DNA of 64,000 bases, taken from contig JAUSCZ010000014.1 in the NCBI GenBank assembly GCA_030674475.1, forward strand, positions 13,938 through 77,937, read 5' to 3'. Positions 8,402 to 17,068 of the stretch are shown here, one piece after another (position 1 is the stretch's first letter; each line of letters begins with the position of its first letter). The DNA comes from Candidatus Omnitrophota bacterium. Lineage in GTDB: Bacteria > Omnitrophota > Gorgyraeia > Gygaellales > UBA12090. Both the position numbers and the translations under genes were made by a program. The notes under the pieces were generated by a model. That model did no database searches and was not told the DNA's origin. It worked only from the letters and a program-made list of their open reading frames with translations.

Positions 8402-9859
8402 ATGGATGCTATCCTCAAGGAAATTAAGGCGAATCCTTACCTGAAGCTCATTGCCCGCCAGCTTAATAAATATCCTCAAGAATTTTATCTGGTCGGCGGA
8501 TACCCGCGCGACCTATTTCTAAAAAGAAAAAAAGAAGTATTTGATTTTGACTTCGCGCTGTCCGCCAGCGCGATAAAAACCGGCCGGGAAATCGCCAAGA
8601 GTCTTAAAAGCGGGTTTGTGGTTTTGGATGAAGAGCACGGTTCTTGCCGGATAGTGTATAACAAAGGCGGACAATCCTGCAATTTTGATTTTACCGATTT
8701 TCGCGGGCAAGGCATCTTAGAGGATTTACTGCATCGGGATTTTACTGTTAATAGCTTAGGCCTGGATTTAAAGGCATTAGGAAAAGCTAAAAAGAGTGAA
8801 GATATTCTTATTGACCGATACGGAGCGCTAAGGGACATAAAAAATAGGACTATCCGGGTAATCTCGGAATTAAGCTTTACGGAAGACCCTTTAAGGATTT
8901 TGCGCGCCTATTCCTTAAGCGCGGTCCTGGATTTCAGGATTGAGCCGAAAACTAAAATCCTGATCAAGAAGCACAAAGATAAAATTACCTCCTCCGCTTC
9001 TGAGCGCGTAAGCGAAGAATTGTTTAAGATTTTAAATTCTAAAAAAGCATTTGCTACCTTTAAGGCGATGGCTGATACTGGAGTTTTGAATGAGATTATT
9101 CCGGAGGTCAAGGCTATGCGCAAGGTCAGCCAGGGGCCGTATCATCACTTAGATGTTTACCGGCATTGTTTTGAGGCGCTCAAGCAAATAGAGAGGCTTT
9201 TTGAGGAATTAAAAAGATATAAAGATATTCAGCTTTTTCTTAACCGGATTATATCTGGAACTCACACCAAAAGAGCCCTGCTCAAGTTTAGCGCGTTCCT
9301 GCATGATATCGGAAAGCCGGTTTCCAAAGAACATATTAAAGATAAGGTTTGTTTTCATGGCCATGAAAGGACCGGGCGTAATATCGTCAGGGGCATTGCC
9401 GAGCGCTTAAGGCTTTCTAACGATGAAAGAAACGCTTTGGATAAAATCATCTTCTGGCATCTTCGCCCCGGGTATTTGGCTGACCTTAAAGATTTAAGCC
9501 GCCGGGCGGTGTATAGATATTTCCGGGATACCCAGAATGAAGCGGTAAGCGTGGTTTTGCTTTCAATCGCTGACCAGCGCTCAACCCGGGGGCCTTTAAC
9601 CCGAGGGGCAAACCGTAAACATCATGAAGATGTCTGCCTGGGGCTGGCGAAAGATTTTTTCAGGAAGTCCAAAAAAAAGAAATTTATCAAACTGATTAAC
9701 GGGAATGATTTAATGGCGGAATTTAAGCTTGAGTCCGGCCCTTTAATCGGAAAACTCCTGATTGCGATTGAGGAGTCCCAGGCTGTCGGAGACATCCGCG
9801 ACAAAGCCCAGGCTTTTGTTCTGGCCAAAAAGCTCATCAAGAAAGAAAGGCAGAAATGA
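8402..9859 (+). CDS. cca: CCA tRNA nucleotidyltransferase with HD domain
   Basis: PolyA-polymerase head (GGYPRDLFL, DFDF), RNA-binding region and C-terminal HD (HDIGKP...H). ATG at 8402 (MDAILKEIK) is preferred. Confidence 0.85.
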   Translation: MDAILKEIKANPYLKLIARQLNKYPQEFYLVGGYPRDLFLKRKKEVFDFDFALSASAIKTGREIAKSLKSGFVVLDEEHGSCRIVYNKGGQSCNFDFTDFRGQGILEDLLHRDFTVNSLGLDLKALGKAKKSEDILIDRYGALRDIKNRTIRVISELSFTEDPLRILRAYSLSAVLDFRIEPKTKILIKKHKDKITSSASERVSEELFKILNSKKAFATFKAMADTGVLNEIIPEVKAMRKVSQGPYHHLDVYRHCFEALKQIERLFEELKRYKDIQLFLNRIISGTHTKRALLKFSAFLHDIGKPVSKEHIKDKVCFHGHERTGRNIVRGIAERLRLSNDERNALDKIIFWHLRPGYLADLKDLSRRAVYRYFRDTQNEAVSVVLLSIADQRSTRGPLTRGANRKHHEDVCLGLAKDFFRKSKKKKFIKLINGNDLMAEFKLESGPLIGKLLIAIEESQAVGDIRDKAQAFVLAKKLIKKERQK

Positions 9860-10077
9860 GAGCATTTCTTGTAGGGTTAACATTTTTAGCGGCGGTAGTG
9901 ATATTGGCGGGTATTTGGTTTTTATTATTTCCGCTTCTATTATTAATGGGTTTGCTTTTACGGTTTATGCTGGTGTGTGTATTGGTGATAGGAGGAATTT
10001 GGCTTTTGGGTAAGCTGATAATTTTTGTCTGGGGGAAATTGAATCAACAAAAGAATCTACATTCTAAAGAAAGTTAA
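9856..10077 (+). CDS. small hydrophobic membrane protein (hypothetical)
   Basis: 73 aa, two predicted TM helices. ATGA overlap with the cca stop suggests translational coupling. Confidence 0.35.
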   Translation: MRAFLVGLTFLAAVVILAGIWFLLFPLLLLMGLLLRFMLVCVLVIGGIWLLGKLIIFVWGKLNQQKNLHSKES

Positions 10078-10081
10078 GCTA

Positions 10082-11047
10082 ATGTTTATAAGAAATACTG
10101 AGATAAAGATAGTTCAGGGCGATATTACTGAAATTGAGGCTGAGGCTATTGTCAACGCCGCCAATAACCAGCTTTTGATGGGAGGAGGGGTGGCCGGAGC
10201 CATTAAGAAAAAAGGCGGAAAGATAATTGAGGATGAGGCAGTTAAAAAAGGGCCGATAGAAATCGGTGAGGCGATATCCAGCCCTGCCGGGAAGCTGAAG
10301 GCGAAATATGTTATCCACGCCGCGACTATGGGAATGGATTTCAAGACCAATGAAGTAAAAATCCGCGCGGCCTGCAATAGTTCCTTAAAAGAGGCTGAAA
10401 AACTAAAAGTTCACTCAATCGCCTTTCCGGCCTTAGGTTGCGGGGTGGGCGGCTTTCCGGAAACCGGCTCAGCCAAAATTATGGCCCAGGAGATATTCCG
10501 GCATTTGTGGTTTGACCATCCGCAGACTTCTTTAAAAGAAATAACCTTTGTCCTTTTTGATAAGCCTGCTTACGATACCTTTAATAAAAATGTGCTAAGC
10601 TATCTGGAATACATCATTCATAAAATTCAACAGGGGCCGTTTATCACCGTGGATATAATAATTGAACTCTCCGCAGGCATTGTTTTGATTGAGCGTTCCA
10701 ATCCCCCTTATGGCTGGGCCATTCCCGGAGGATTCCTGGATTATAATGAGAGCCTGGAGGATTGCGCGGTGAGGGAAGCCAAAGAAGAGACCGCCTTAGA
10801 TATATATGATTTAAAACAACTGCATACTTATTCCCGCCCCGGGCGCGACCCCCGTTTTCAGACCGTAACTACTGTATTCACGGCTAAAGCTAAAGGTAAA
10901 CCCCAGGCCGGCTCCGACGCCGCCAATCTTAAGGTCGTGAAGCCGGAGGAGGCATCGAAACTTAATCTGGCCTTTGACCATAAACAGGTTATTTCAGATT
11001 ATATATCTGCGGCCAGAAAACTTCGCTCTTTTTCGTCTATCATTTAA
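10082..11047 (+). CDS. Macro domain (ADP-ribose/O-acetyl-ADP-ribose processing) fused to NUDIX hydrolase
   Basis: N-terminal [18 protein letters not shown] macro motif. C-terminal Nudix box [24 protein letters not shown]. Confidence 0.8.
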   Translation: MFIRNTEIKIVQGDITEIEAEAIVNAANNQLLMGGGVAGAIKKKGGKIIEDEAVKKGPIEIGEAISSPAGKLKAKYVIHAATMGMDFKTNEVKIRAACNSSLKEAEKLKVHSIAFPALGCGVGGFPETGSAKIMAQEIFRHLWFDHPQTSLKEITFVLFDKPAYDTFNKNVLSYLEYIIHKIQQGPFITVDIIIELSAGIVLIERSNPPYGWAIPGGFLDYNESLEDCAVREAKEETALDIYDLKQLHTYSRPGRDPRFQTVTTVFTAKAKGKPQAGSDAANLKVVKPEEASKLNLAFDHKQVISDYISAARKLRSFSSII

Positions 11048-11161
11048 TATCAGACGGGATCCCGCAGAATGCGGGAAACAGCGGGGATGAACAATGGCCG
11101 CTTGAGTATTCCGCTTTTGAGAAACCGTTCCGCCGCCGGTGGAAGGTAAAAAGAATATTTG

Positions 11162-11190
11162 TTGACAAAAGGCACACAAGATGTTACAAT
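11162..11190 (+). promoter_or_regulatory. sigma70-type promoter for brnT/brnA: TTGACA-17-TACAAT
   Basis: TTGACA at 11162-11167, a 17-nt spacer, TACAAT at 11185-11190. Lies ~10 nt upstream of the brnT RBS. Confidence 0.6.
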
Positions 11191-11199
11191 TATATTAGA

Positions 11200-11475
11200 A
11201 TGAAGTTATTCGAATGGAATAGCGAAAAAAATGCTCAATTAAAAGATGAACGCGGGGTATCCTTTGAGGATATTGTATTTTACATTGATAGGGGAGATGT
11301 ATTGGATATTGTTCCACACTCCCAGCAAAGTAAATATCCAGGGCAGAGGATGTTTATAATAAACATCGAGAACTACGCGTATTTAGTTCCTTTTATGGAA
11401 AGCCAGGATGTAATCTTTTTAAAGACAATAATTCCAAGCCGTAAGGCAACGAAAAAATACCTGAAGGGGCGATAG
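11200..11475 (+). CDS. brnT: BrnT toxin (DUF497)
   Basis: MKLFEWNSEKNAQLKDERGVSFEDIVFYIDRGDVLDIV... matches the DUF497/BrnT pattern. Confidence 0.7.
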   Translation: MKLFEWNSEKNAQLKDERGVSFEDIVFYIDRGDVLDIVPHSQQSKYPGQRMFIINIENYAYLVPFMESQDVIFLKTIIPSRKATKKYLKGR

Positions 11476-11477
11476 AT

Positions 11478-11750
11478 ATGAAAATAAAGAAAGAGGAAAA
11501 AGAAATTCTTGAGGCTTATGAGCGGGGTACTTTTAAATCCATTCCAAATGTTAAAAAAGAAATCGCGCGGTATCGTGAATACGCGAAGTCTACTTTACGC
11601 AAGAATAAGAGAATAAATATTAGGATATCGGAAACAGATATAGTGCATATTCAACGTAAGGCTGTAGAAAACGGCCTGCCTTATCAAACATTGATATCAA
11701 GCGTGCTACATAAATACGCGAACGGAAATATCATTGAAAGCGCGGCGTAA
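11478..11750 (+). CDS. brnA: BrnA antitoxin (CopG/RHH-like)
   Basis: C-terminal ...INIRISETDIVHIQRKAVENGLPYQTLISSVLHKY is typical of BrnA. Starts 3 nt after brnT. Confidence 0.7.
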   Translation: MKIKKEEKEILEAYERGTFKSIPNVKKEIARYREYAKSTLRKNKRINIRISETDIVHIQRKAVENGLPYQTLISSVLHKYANGNIIESAA

Positions 11751-12243
11751 ATTCATCTGTTTGTTTCTAGGAATAACGCCAGGATCAGCCCGCGCCAGGT
11801 GCAGAGAGATTTTAGACAACGTTAAGGTATTATGGGGAATCGCATTTCATGCTATTATAGACAAAGCGCGAAATCCAGAAATACATTTTGTGCTTGAAAG
11901 ACGAAAGTGCAGAGTGGTGTAAAAACCCATAAAAAGCGAATTCGTATATTAATTGTTAGGCATAAAAATTATGGAAATAAAAATTAAATTTATATTATCA
12001 CAAAAGATCCACCCGAAATTTCAAAATTTAACTATTGGGAAATACACTATTGAACCCTTGCCATCAAGTGGTCCCAATTTACAACAAGCATTCTTATAAC
12101 ATACTGGATTACTTATTTAATTTTCTCAGATAAAAAAACATAACAATTCGCTTCAGCGGATTGTGGCCCGAGCTGGAAGTGAAAAGGGGTCGGAGTGGAA
12201 TTCCCCTAATAAAATGGACACTTTTTAACATAGGAGAGGTAAT

Positions 12244-13287
12244 ATGTTACGCTATTTAACCGCGGGAGAGTCGCATGGGGAGGCCTTGATGGCTATTTTG
12301 GAGGGCCTGCCTGGCGGATTAAGGGTGGATAAGGAAAAAATTGATCAGGATTTAGCCCGCAGGCAGGCTGGTTATGGCCGGGGAGCGCGGATGCAGATTG
12401 AAAGAGATAAGGTTGAGGTCCTCTGCGGCTTGTATAAGGGTAAGACCATTGCCAGCCCTGTGGGGATTTTGATTAGGAATAAGGATTTTAGCTTAGATAA
12501 ACAGGCGGAAATTCTTAATCCCCGCCCCGGGCACGCGGATTTGGCCGGACTTTTAAAATATGGTTTTGAGGACGCGCGTCCGGTTTTAGAAAGGGCATCA
12601 GCCCGCTCAACTGCCGCGGCGGTGGCAGTGGGGGCGATAGGTAAGATTTTCTTGAATGAATTTGCTATTGAGATGAGCTCCCGGGTTTTAAATATCGGCG
12701 GTAAAACTACTGAAAAGGAAAGGCATAAGGCGATAGACGCGGCCAAAAGTAAAGGAGACAGCTTAGGCGGTGTATTTGAGTTAATTATTAAGGGCGTGCC
12801 TTGCGGCTTAGGCAGTTATGTTCAATTTGACCGGCGTTTGAATGCCCGCCTGTCTTACGCGCTGATGTCCATTCCCGGAATCAAGGCAGTTGAATTCGGC
12901 CTGGGTTTTGGTTATGGCTATAAATCCGGTTCTCAGACGCACGATGTAATCTGTTATTCTAAAGACAAAGGCTATTACCGCAAAACCAATAATGCCGGAG
13001 GCATCGAAGGCGGGATTTCTAACGGCGAGGATATAGTTATCCGCTGCTGCATGAAGCCGATTGCCACCTTGGCTAAGCCCTTAGCCTCGGTAGATATAAA
13101 AACCAAAAAGGCCGTTCCCGCCTCTATCCAACGCGCCGATACCTGCGCGGTGGAGGCCGCCGGGGTGGTGGCTGAGGCAGTCTCAGCCTTAGAAATCGCT
13201 AACACCTTATTGGAGAAATTCGGCGGGGATTGTTTAGCGGATATTAAACAAGCCTTTCGTGCTTACCTTAAAAGAATTAGTCAATAG
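12244..13287 (+). CDS. aroC: chorismate synthase
   Basis: MLRYLTAGESHGEALMAILEGLPGG and GGISNGE motifs. Confidence 0.95.
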   Translation: MLRYLTAGESHGEALMAILEGLPGGLRVDKEKIDQDLARRQAGYGRGARMQIERDKVEVLCGLYKGKTIASPVGILIRNKDFSLDKQAEILNPRPGHADLAGLLKYGFEDARPVLERASARSTAAAVAVGAIGKIFLNEFAIEMSSRVLNIGGKTTEKERHKAIDAAKSKGDSLGGVFELIIKGVPCGLGSYVQFDRRLNARLSYALMSIPGIKAVEFGLGFGYGYKSGSQTHDVICYSKDKGYYRKTNNAGGIEGGISNGEDIVIRCCMKPIATLAKPLASVDIKTKKAVPASIQRADTCAVEAAGVVAEAVSALEIANTLLEKFGGDCLADIKQAFRAYLKRISQ

Positions 13288-13855
13288 ATGCGTCAATAAA
13301 GACAAGTCCGCCTGGAGTGAGTTTGTCCCGCGGTTTCGTCCCGTAGTTGAGAAGTCTGTCCGCTCCAGGCTCGCCCGCCATAATTTTCCCCACACTACAG
13401 AAGACCTAAAAGATATTACCCAAGGGATATTTCTGGATATCTGGGAAAAGAATAAATTAGCGTTAGTTAAAGATGAAGATAAAATTACCGGCTGGCTGGT
13501 GGTAGTCGCGCAAAATGCCGCGATTGACTATATCCGCTCACAGGCAAAATTTAACCGCCAGCGCTCGGTGTGCGCTAATGAAGATGGCGGAGTAAATGAT
13601 ATCTTGAATATTCTGCCTTCAGAAACCAATCTTTCCCAGGAATTAGCCAAAGGGGACTTAGCTGAAGCAGTAGATGAGTTGATTAACGCCCTGGAGCCGA
13701 GAGAGAAACTGATTCTAAGGCTGAATATCCAGCACAACCAGACTCATAAGGAAATCGCGATTTTTTTGAATATCCCTATTAACACCGTTTCCAGCATTCT
13801 GCGCCGGACAATGATTAGTTTTAGGGAGGATTTGAATAAAAAGGGATATATTTAA
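13259..13855 (+). CDS. ECF-type RNA polymerase sigma factor
   Basis: Sigma-70 region 2 (IFLDIWEK...AIDYIRSQ) and region 4 (LILRLNIQHNQTHKEIAIFLNIPINTVSSILRR). GTG start overlaps the aroC 3' end. Confidence 0.75.
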   Translation: MLTLKELVNRCVNKDKSAWSEFVPRFRPVVEKSVRSRLARHNFPHTTEDLKDITQGIFLDIWEKNKLALVKDEDKITGWLVVVAQNAAIDYIRSQAKFNRQRSVCANEDGGVNDILNILPSETNLSQELAKGDLAEAVDELINALEPREKLILRLNIQHNQTHKEIAIFLNIPINTVSSILRRTMISFREDLNKKGYI

Positions 13856-13904
13856 AATATTTTTGCACGAAAACAGCCGATTCTTACGTCTTAATAAGTA
13901 GGGA
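13854..13904 (+). promoter_or_regulatory. promoter-like cassette, copy 1 (duplicated upstream of two genes)
   Basis: AAAATATTTTTGCACGAAAACAGCCGATTCTTACGTCTTAATAAGTAGGGA is ~90% identical to 14347-14397. Both copies keep the same TGCAC-N18-CGTCT spacing and the same distance to the ATG. Confidence 0.5.
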
Positions 13905-13910
13905 GGGAAT

Positions 13911-14369
13911 ATGCCGGATTTAACCAGGATAATCAAAAATGGCTTTAGCCGCACCTCATGCGGCCTTAAAAAGACTCCGCAGTGCCCGTCAGAGCTGGAG
14001 CTGGGTAAATATTTGGATAAGTCCGCCTCTGTCAGCCAGAAAGACAGGATTGAAAGACATCTGGCGAACTGCGGCTATTGCTTAGATTTATTGGTTACGG
14101 CTAAAAAGGCGCTGAAAGATTCCCCAAAAAAGCCGAATGTTCTCCAGGCCCTAAATCAGCAGAAGTGGTTTATCTTAAGTATGCTGAGCTTAGGAATGTC
14201 CTTCTTTATCAAAAGGTATTTCTTCCAATTCCTTACCCTGAGCCTCATCTTTGGCCTTAAATGGGCCCTGAGCGCCGAAGGCAGCCGGAACCTGGTAATG
14301 ATTTTCCGTAGTCTGGGCCAAAAAGATACGGCGGATAGCAAAAAAGAAAATATTTTTGCACGAAAATAG
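13911..14369 (+). CDS. zf-HC2 putative anti-sigma factor with TM segment
   Basis: HLANCGYCLDLL zinc-finger anti-sigma motif, then a hydrophobic segment. Immediately downstream of the ECF sigma. Confidence 0.6.
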   Translation: MPDLTRIIKNGFSRTSCGLKKTPQCPSELELGKYLDKSASVSQKDRIERHLANCGYCLDLLVTAKKALKDSPKKPNVLQALNQQKWFILSMLSLGMSFFIKRYFFQFLTLSLIFGLKWALSAEGSRNLVMIFRSLGQKDTADSKKENIFARK

Positions 14370-14397
14370 CCATTTCTTACGTCTATATAAGTAAGGA
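14347..14397 (+). promoter_or_regulatory. promoter-like cassette, copy 2
   Basis: AAAATATTTTTGCACGAAAATAGCCATTTCTTACGTCTATATAAGTAAGGA. Overlaps the 3' end of the anti-sigma ORF and precedes a 28-codon ORF and spoVG. Confidence 0.5.
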
Positions 14398-14503
14398 CAG
14401 AAATTATGGCAGGAAAGGCTGTAATTGGGATGTCCGAAACTTATCCCGCCGCTTTGCTTCGGAAAACGAAGCTGGGGGGTGCATTTGAGTAGGAGGTGGC
14501 AAG

Positions 14504-14767
14504 ATGGTAGAGGCAAGCGATATTCAGGTGGCTCGGCTCTTTAGGGTCGAGAAGGAAGGCAGTAAGCTTAAGGCCTTTGTAGATTTAGCCATAGGCGGCT
14601 GTCTCATTGTCAAAGGGTTTAAGATAATGCAAGGCCAGGAAGGCTTGTTTGTAAGTATGCCCAGCCAGCCAGGCAAAGACGGTAAATGGTATCAAGTGGC
14701 CTTGCCTGCCACTAAAGAAAAAGGACAGGAGATCAGCGAAATAATCCTCTCGGCCTACAGAGAATAA
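14504..14767 (+). CDS. spoVG: SpoVG family protein
   Basis: VARLFRVEKEGSKLKAFVDLAIGGCLIVKGFKIMQGQEGLFVSMPS matches the SpoVG core. Confidence 0.85.
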   Translation: MVEASDIQVARLFRVEKEGSKLKAFVDLAIGGCLIVKGFKIMQGQEGLFVSMPSQPGKDGKWYQVALPATKEKGQEISEIILSAYRE

Positions 14768-14804
14768 ACAACAGTTTGCTTTATTTTAGCGTTAAGGTAA
14801 AATA

Positions 14805-14850
14805 ACCATAAAATAGGGATAGCTTGTTATAGCTACCCCTATTTTATGGT
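14805..14850 (+). terminator. long hairpin after spoVG (ACCATAAAATAGGGATAGCT/AGCTACCCCTATTTTATGGT)
   Basis: 19-20-bp near-perfect stem with a 6-nt loop. T-rich 5' side. Marks the left edge of the AT-rich islet. Confidence 0.5.
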
Positions 14851-14946
14851 GAAGAAAAATGGTAACATTAGTCAGATGGTAATTCTTGTTGTTTAGAGTT
14901 TCCTGTAATATAATTTAAGGTATTATGCGATGTAAATCGCTTCACG

Positions 14947-15171
14947 GTGAGGCAATGGTTAAGCGGTAAGATTGTTAAAATAGCAATAAGATTGTGTTAT
15001 TGCAGGGGGGATTCAATGCTTATGGACAATCAAACTAAACAGAATATCCGTATTGTTTTAGAGTATCTTTGGCGCGATGAAGAACGGCACTATCTTGAAA
15101 GCCGGGAGTGCAAGAAGCATATTTTTCATATTTTAAAGCATTTAGCAAAAGTTGTTAAATATGAACCTTGA
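14947..15171 (+). CDS. small hypothetical protein upstream of the DpnI-like gene (true start possibly 15017)
   Basis: ORF only. RBS GGGGGGATTCA precedes the internal ATG. Overlaps the start of the REase gene. Confidence 0.3.
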   Translation: MRQWLSGKIVKIAIRLCYCRGDSMLMDNQTKQNIRIVLEYLWRDEERHYLESRECKKHIFHILKHLAKVVKYEP

Positions 15172-15931
15172 TTTGGATAAGCGAGCAGTTGAGTCCTATA
15201 AAAGCTCTTCACAAAGGGCGAGAGTTTTAACTGAGGCGTGGGTTAATAAAGAGGCTTATTGCCCTAATTGTGGTAATGCGCGTCTTACTAAATATTCTAA
15301 TAATAAGCCTGTTGCCGACTTCTTTTGTAGAAGTTGCAATGAGGATTTCGAACTTAAAAGCAAAAAGGATTCATTCGGAGCTAAAATTGTCGATGGGGAT
15401 TATCAAGCAATGCTTAAGAGATTAGCTGATGTTCATAATCCAAACTTCTTTTTGTTAAATTACGATTTATGTTCATATCAGGTTTTAAATTTCTTTGTGA
15501 TCCCAAAGCACTTTTTTGTTCCTGAAATCATCGAGGAGAGGAAACCCCTCTCAATTGACGCGGAGAGAGCGGAATGGATAGGGTGCAATATTTTATTAAG
15601 CAGAATGCCTGAAGCAGGCAGGATTTTCTTGGTTAAGGATGGACAGGTCAAACCAAAAGAAGATGTTTGCGCGGTTTGGCAAAAAACTCTATTTTTACGG
15701 GAAAAAAAGAAGGCTGAATCGAGAGGCTGGATTTTGGATGTTATGCGCTGCATTGAAGCGGTTCGCAAGAAGGAGTTTACCCTTGCGGACATTTATAAGT
15801 TTGAGTCTATACTGTTTGAACAACACCCTGACAACAGGCATATAAAAGATAAAATTAGACAGCAGCTTCAAATATTGCGAGACAAAGGCTATTTGGTATT
15901 TTTGGGAAAAGGCAGATATGGATTAGCGTGA
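15152..15931 (+). CDS. DpnI-family (Dam-replacing family) methyl-directed Type IIM restriction endonuclease
   Basis: Aligns along its whole length with R.DpnI as I recall it: YCPNCGN, PVADFFC, FELKSKK, NPNFF, WIGCNI, GRIFLV, KIRQQLQILRDK. PD-(D/E)XK N-domain plus a winged-helix C-domain. Confidence 0.75.
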   Translation: MLNMNLDLDKRAVESYKSSSQRARVLTEAWVNKEAYCPNCGNARLTKYSNNKPVADFFCRSCNEDFELKSKKDSFGAKIVDGDYQAMLKRLADVHNPNFFLLNYDLCSYQVLNFFVIPKHFFVPEIIEERKPLSIDAERAEWIGCNILLSRMPEAGRIFLVKDGQVKPKEDVCAVWQKTLFLREKKKAESRGWILDVMRCIEAVRKKEFTLADIYKFESILFEQHPDNRHIKDKIRQQLQILRDKGYLVFLGKGRYGLA

Positions 15932-16267
15932 TTAAAATTCAGCATAATTGTTCAACGACGAGATACTGGGGCGCGCGTGAGAAAGATTTTTTACTGATTA
16001 TGCATGAACATCTTTTTATATTTAGAAAGATAGGAATTGGGGAGGATAAAGCTATTTTTAGAGATAGCATTATAAGTAATGAATAAAGGCTTAAAGAAGA
16101 AAATTCTTGAAATCGCATTTTGACATTTCAAGTTTTGGTATCGTATTCTGCGATACCAAATTAGAGAGGAAAGGTTTGTGAAACAAAAATAGAAAGCGTC
16201 AATAACATATTTAATTCCACGAGAAGTTATAGAAAACAAAATATTTCTAATCAGGGGTAAAAAAGTA

Positions 16268-16534
16268 ATGCTGGATAGAAATCTGGCAATGCTGTATGAA
16301 GTGCCGCCCAAAAGATTAAATGAACAGGTAAAAAGAAATATTAAAAGATTCCCCAAGGATTTTATGTTCCAATTAACAAAAGAGGAAACAGATTCTTTAA
16401 GGTCGCAAATTGCGACCTTAAAAAGAGGGCAATATTCGAAGTACTCTTTCACTGAGCATGGAATTTTGATGCTCTCAAGCGTCCTTAATAGTGAAAAATT
16501 ATGGCAGAAAAAAGAGCCAGTATTAAAGGCTTAA
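16268..16534 (+). pseudogene. ORF6N-domain (KilA-N-like, phage antirepressor type) fragment
   Basis: LAMLYEVPPKRLNEQVKRNIKRFPKDFMFQLT...FTEHGILMLSSVLNSEKL matches the ORF6N domain. The protein ends after 88 aa, running out-of-frame into the next gene with no ORF6C part. Confidence 0.6.
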
Positions 16535-16950
16535 AGAAGAAAATTCTTAAGGTTATCAAAGGAAGCAAATTGGCCAGCCTGGCTACTGTTGTTAATGGTA
16601 AGCCGTGGGTAAGATATGTGGTTGCTCGTAGTGAAGGGTTAACCCTCTATATCTGCACCTTTAAGGATTCGCGAAAGGTTAAGCAGATTAAGAAAAATCC
16701 CAAGGTGCATATTACTATTGGCGGGAGTATGGAGAATATGGAGGCTCCCTATGTCCAGATTGCGGCTTGTGCCAAGGCGCGCTCTGACGCGGGGATTAGA
16801 AAGAGATTCTGGATGCCGTTTATGAGAAAATACTATACCGGCGTAGATGACCCTCAGTATGTGGTTATTGAGGTTCGGCCAGTGCTAATAGAATATATGA
16901 GCACAGAAACCCATACGCCGCAGATATATAAGGTTGGTAGAAGGAAGTAG
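16501..16950 (+). CDS. pyridoxamine 5'-phosphate oxidase-like FMN-binding protein (general stress protein 26 family)
   Basis: ASLATVVNGKPWVRYV...YICTFKDSRKVKQIKKNPKVHITIG is the typical PNPOx-like split-barrel sequence. Confidence 0.7.
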   Translation: MAEKRASIKGLKKKILKVIKGSKLASLATVVNGKPWVRYVVARSEGLTLYICTFKDSRKVKQIKKNPKVHITIGGSMENMEAPYVQIAACAKARSDAGIRKRFWMPFMRKYYTGVDDPQYVVIEVRPVLIEYMSTETHTPQIYKVGRRK

Positions 16951-17068
16951 CGTTGGTATAAGTAGTGATTTAACCTATTGATTATAAGAGAGTTGCAAAA
17001 ACTCGCCTCACCAAGGGGCGGGTTTTTGTTTTGACAGACCTTCCTATATATGTTAAACTTATGAGGTT

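Larger units (their letters stand above)
14860..16548 (+). mobile_element. AT-rich, probably horizontally acquired defence islet (DpnI-like REase plus ORF6N remnant)
   Basis: Lower GC than the flanks. Bounded on the left by the spoVG hairpin. On the right, a 24-nt direct repeat AAAGGCTTAAAGAAGAAAATTCTT (16085-16108 and 16525-16548) duplicates the 5' end of the downstream PNPOx gene. Confidence 0.45.

Noticed and set aside
14406-14492. 28-codon ORF (MAGKAVIGMSETYPAALLRKTKLGGAFE) between the second promoter cassette and spoVG as a real micro-protein
   Set aside because: It has plausible RBS spacing but no other support. It is too short to assess from sequence alone, so I mention it only in the context of the duplicated promoter.
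15991-16452. 153-aa minus-strand ORF in the islet
   Set aside because: Low-complexity F/L/S/I-rich translation typical of reading AT-rich DNA antisense. It has no motifs and no RBS, and it lies opposite the ORF6N fragment and intergenic sequence.
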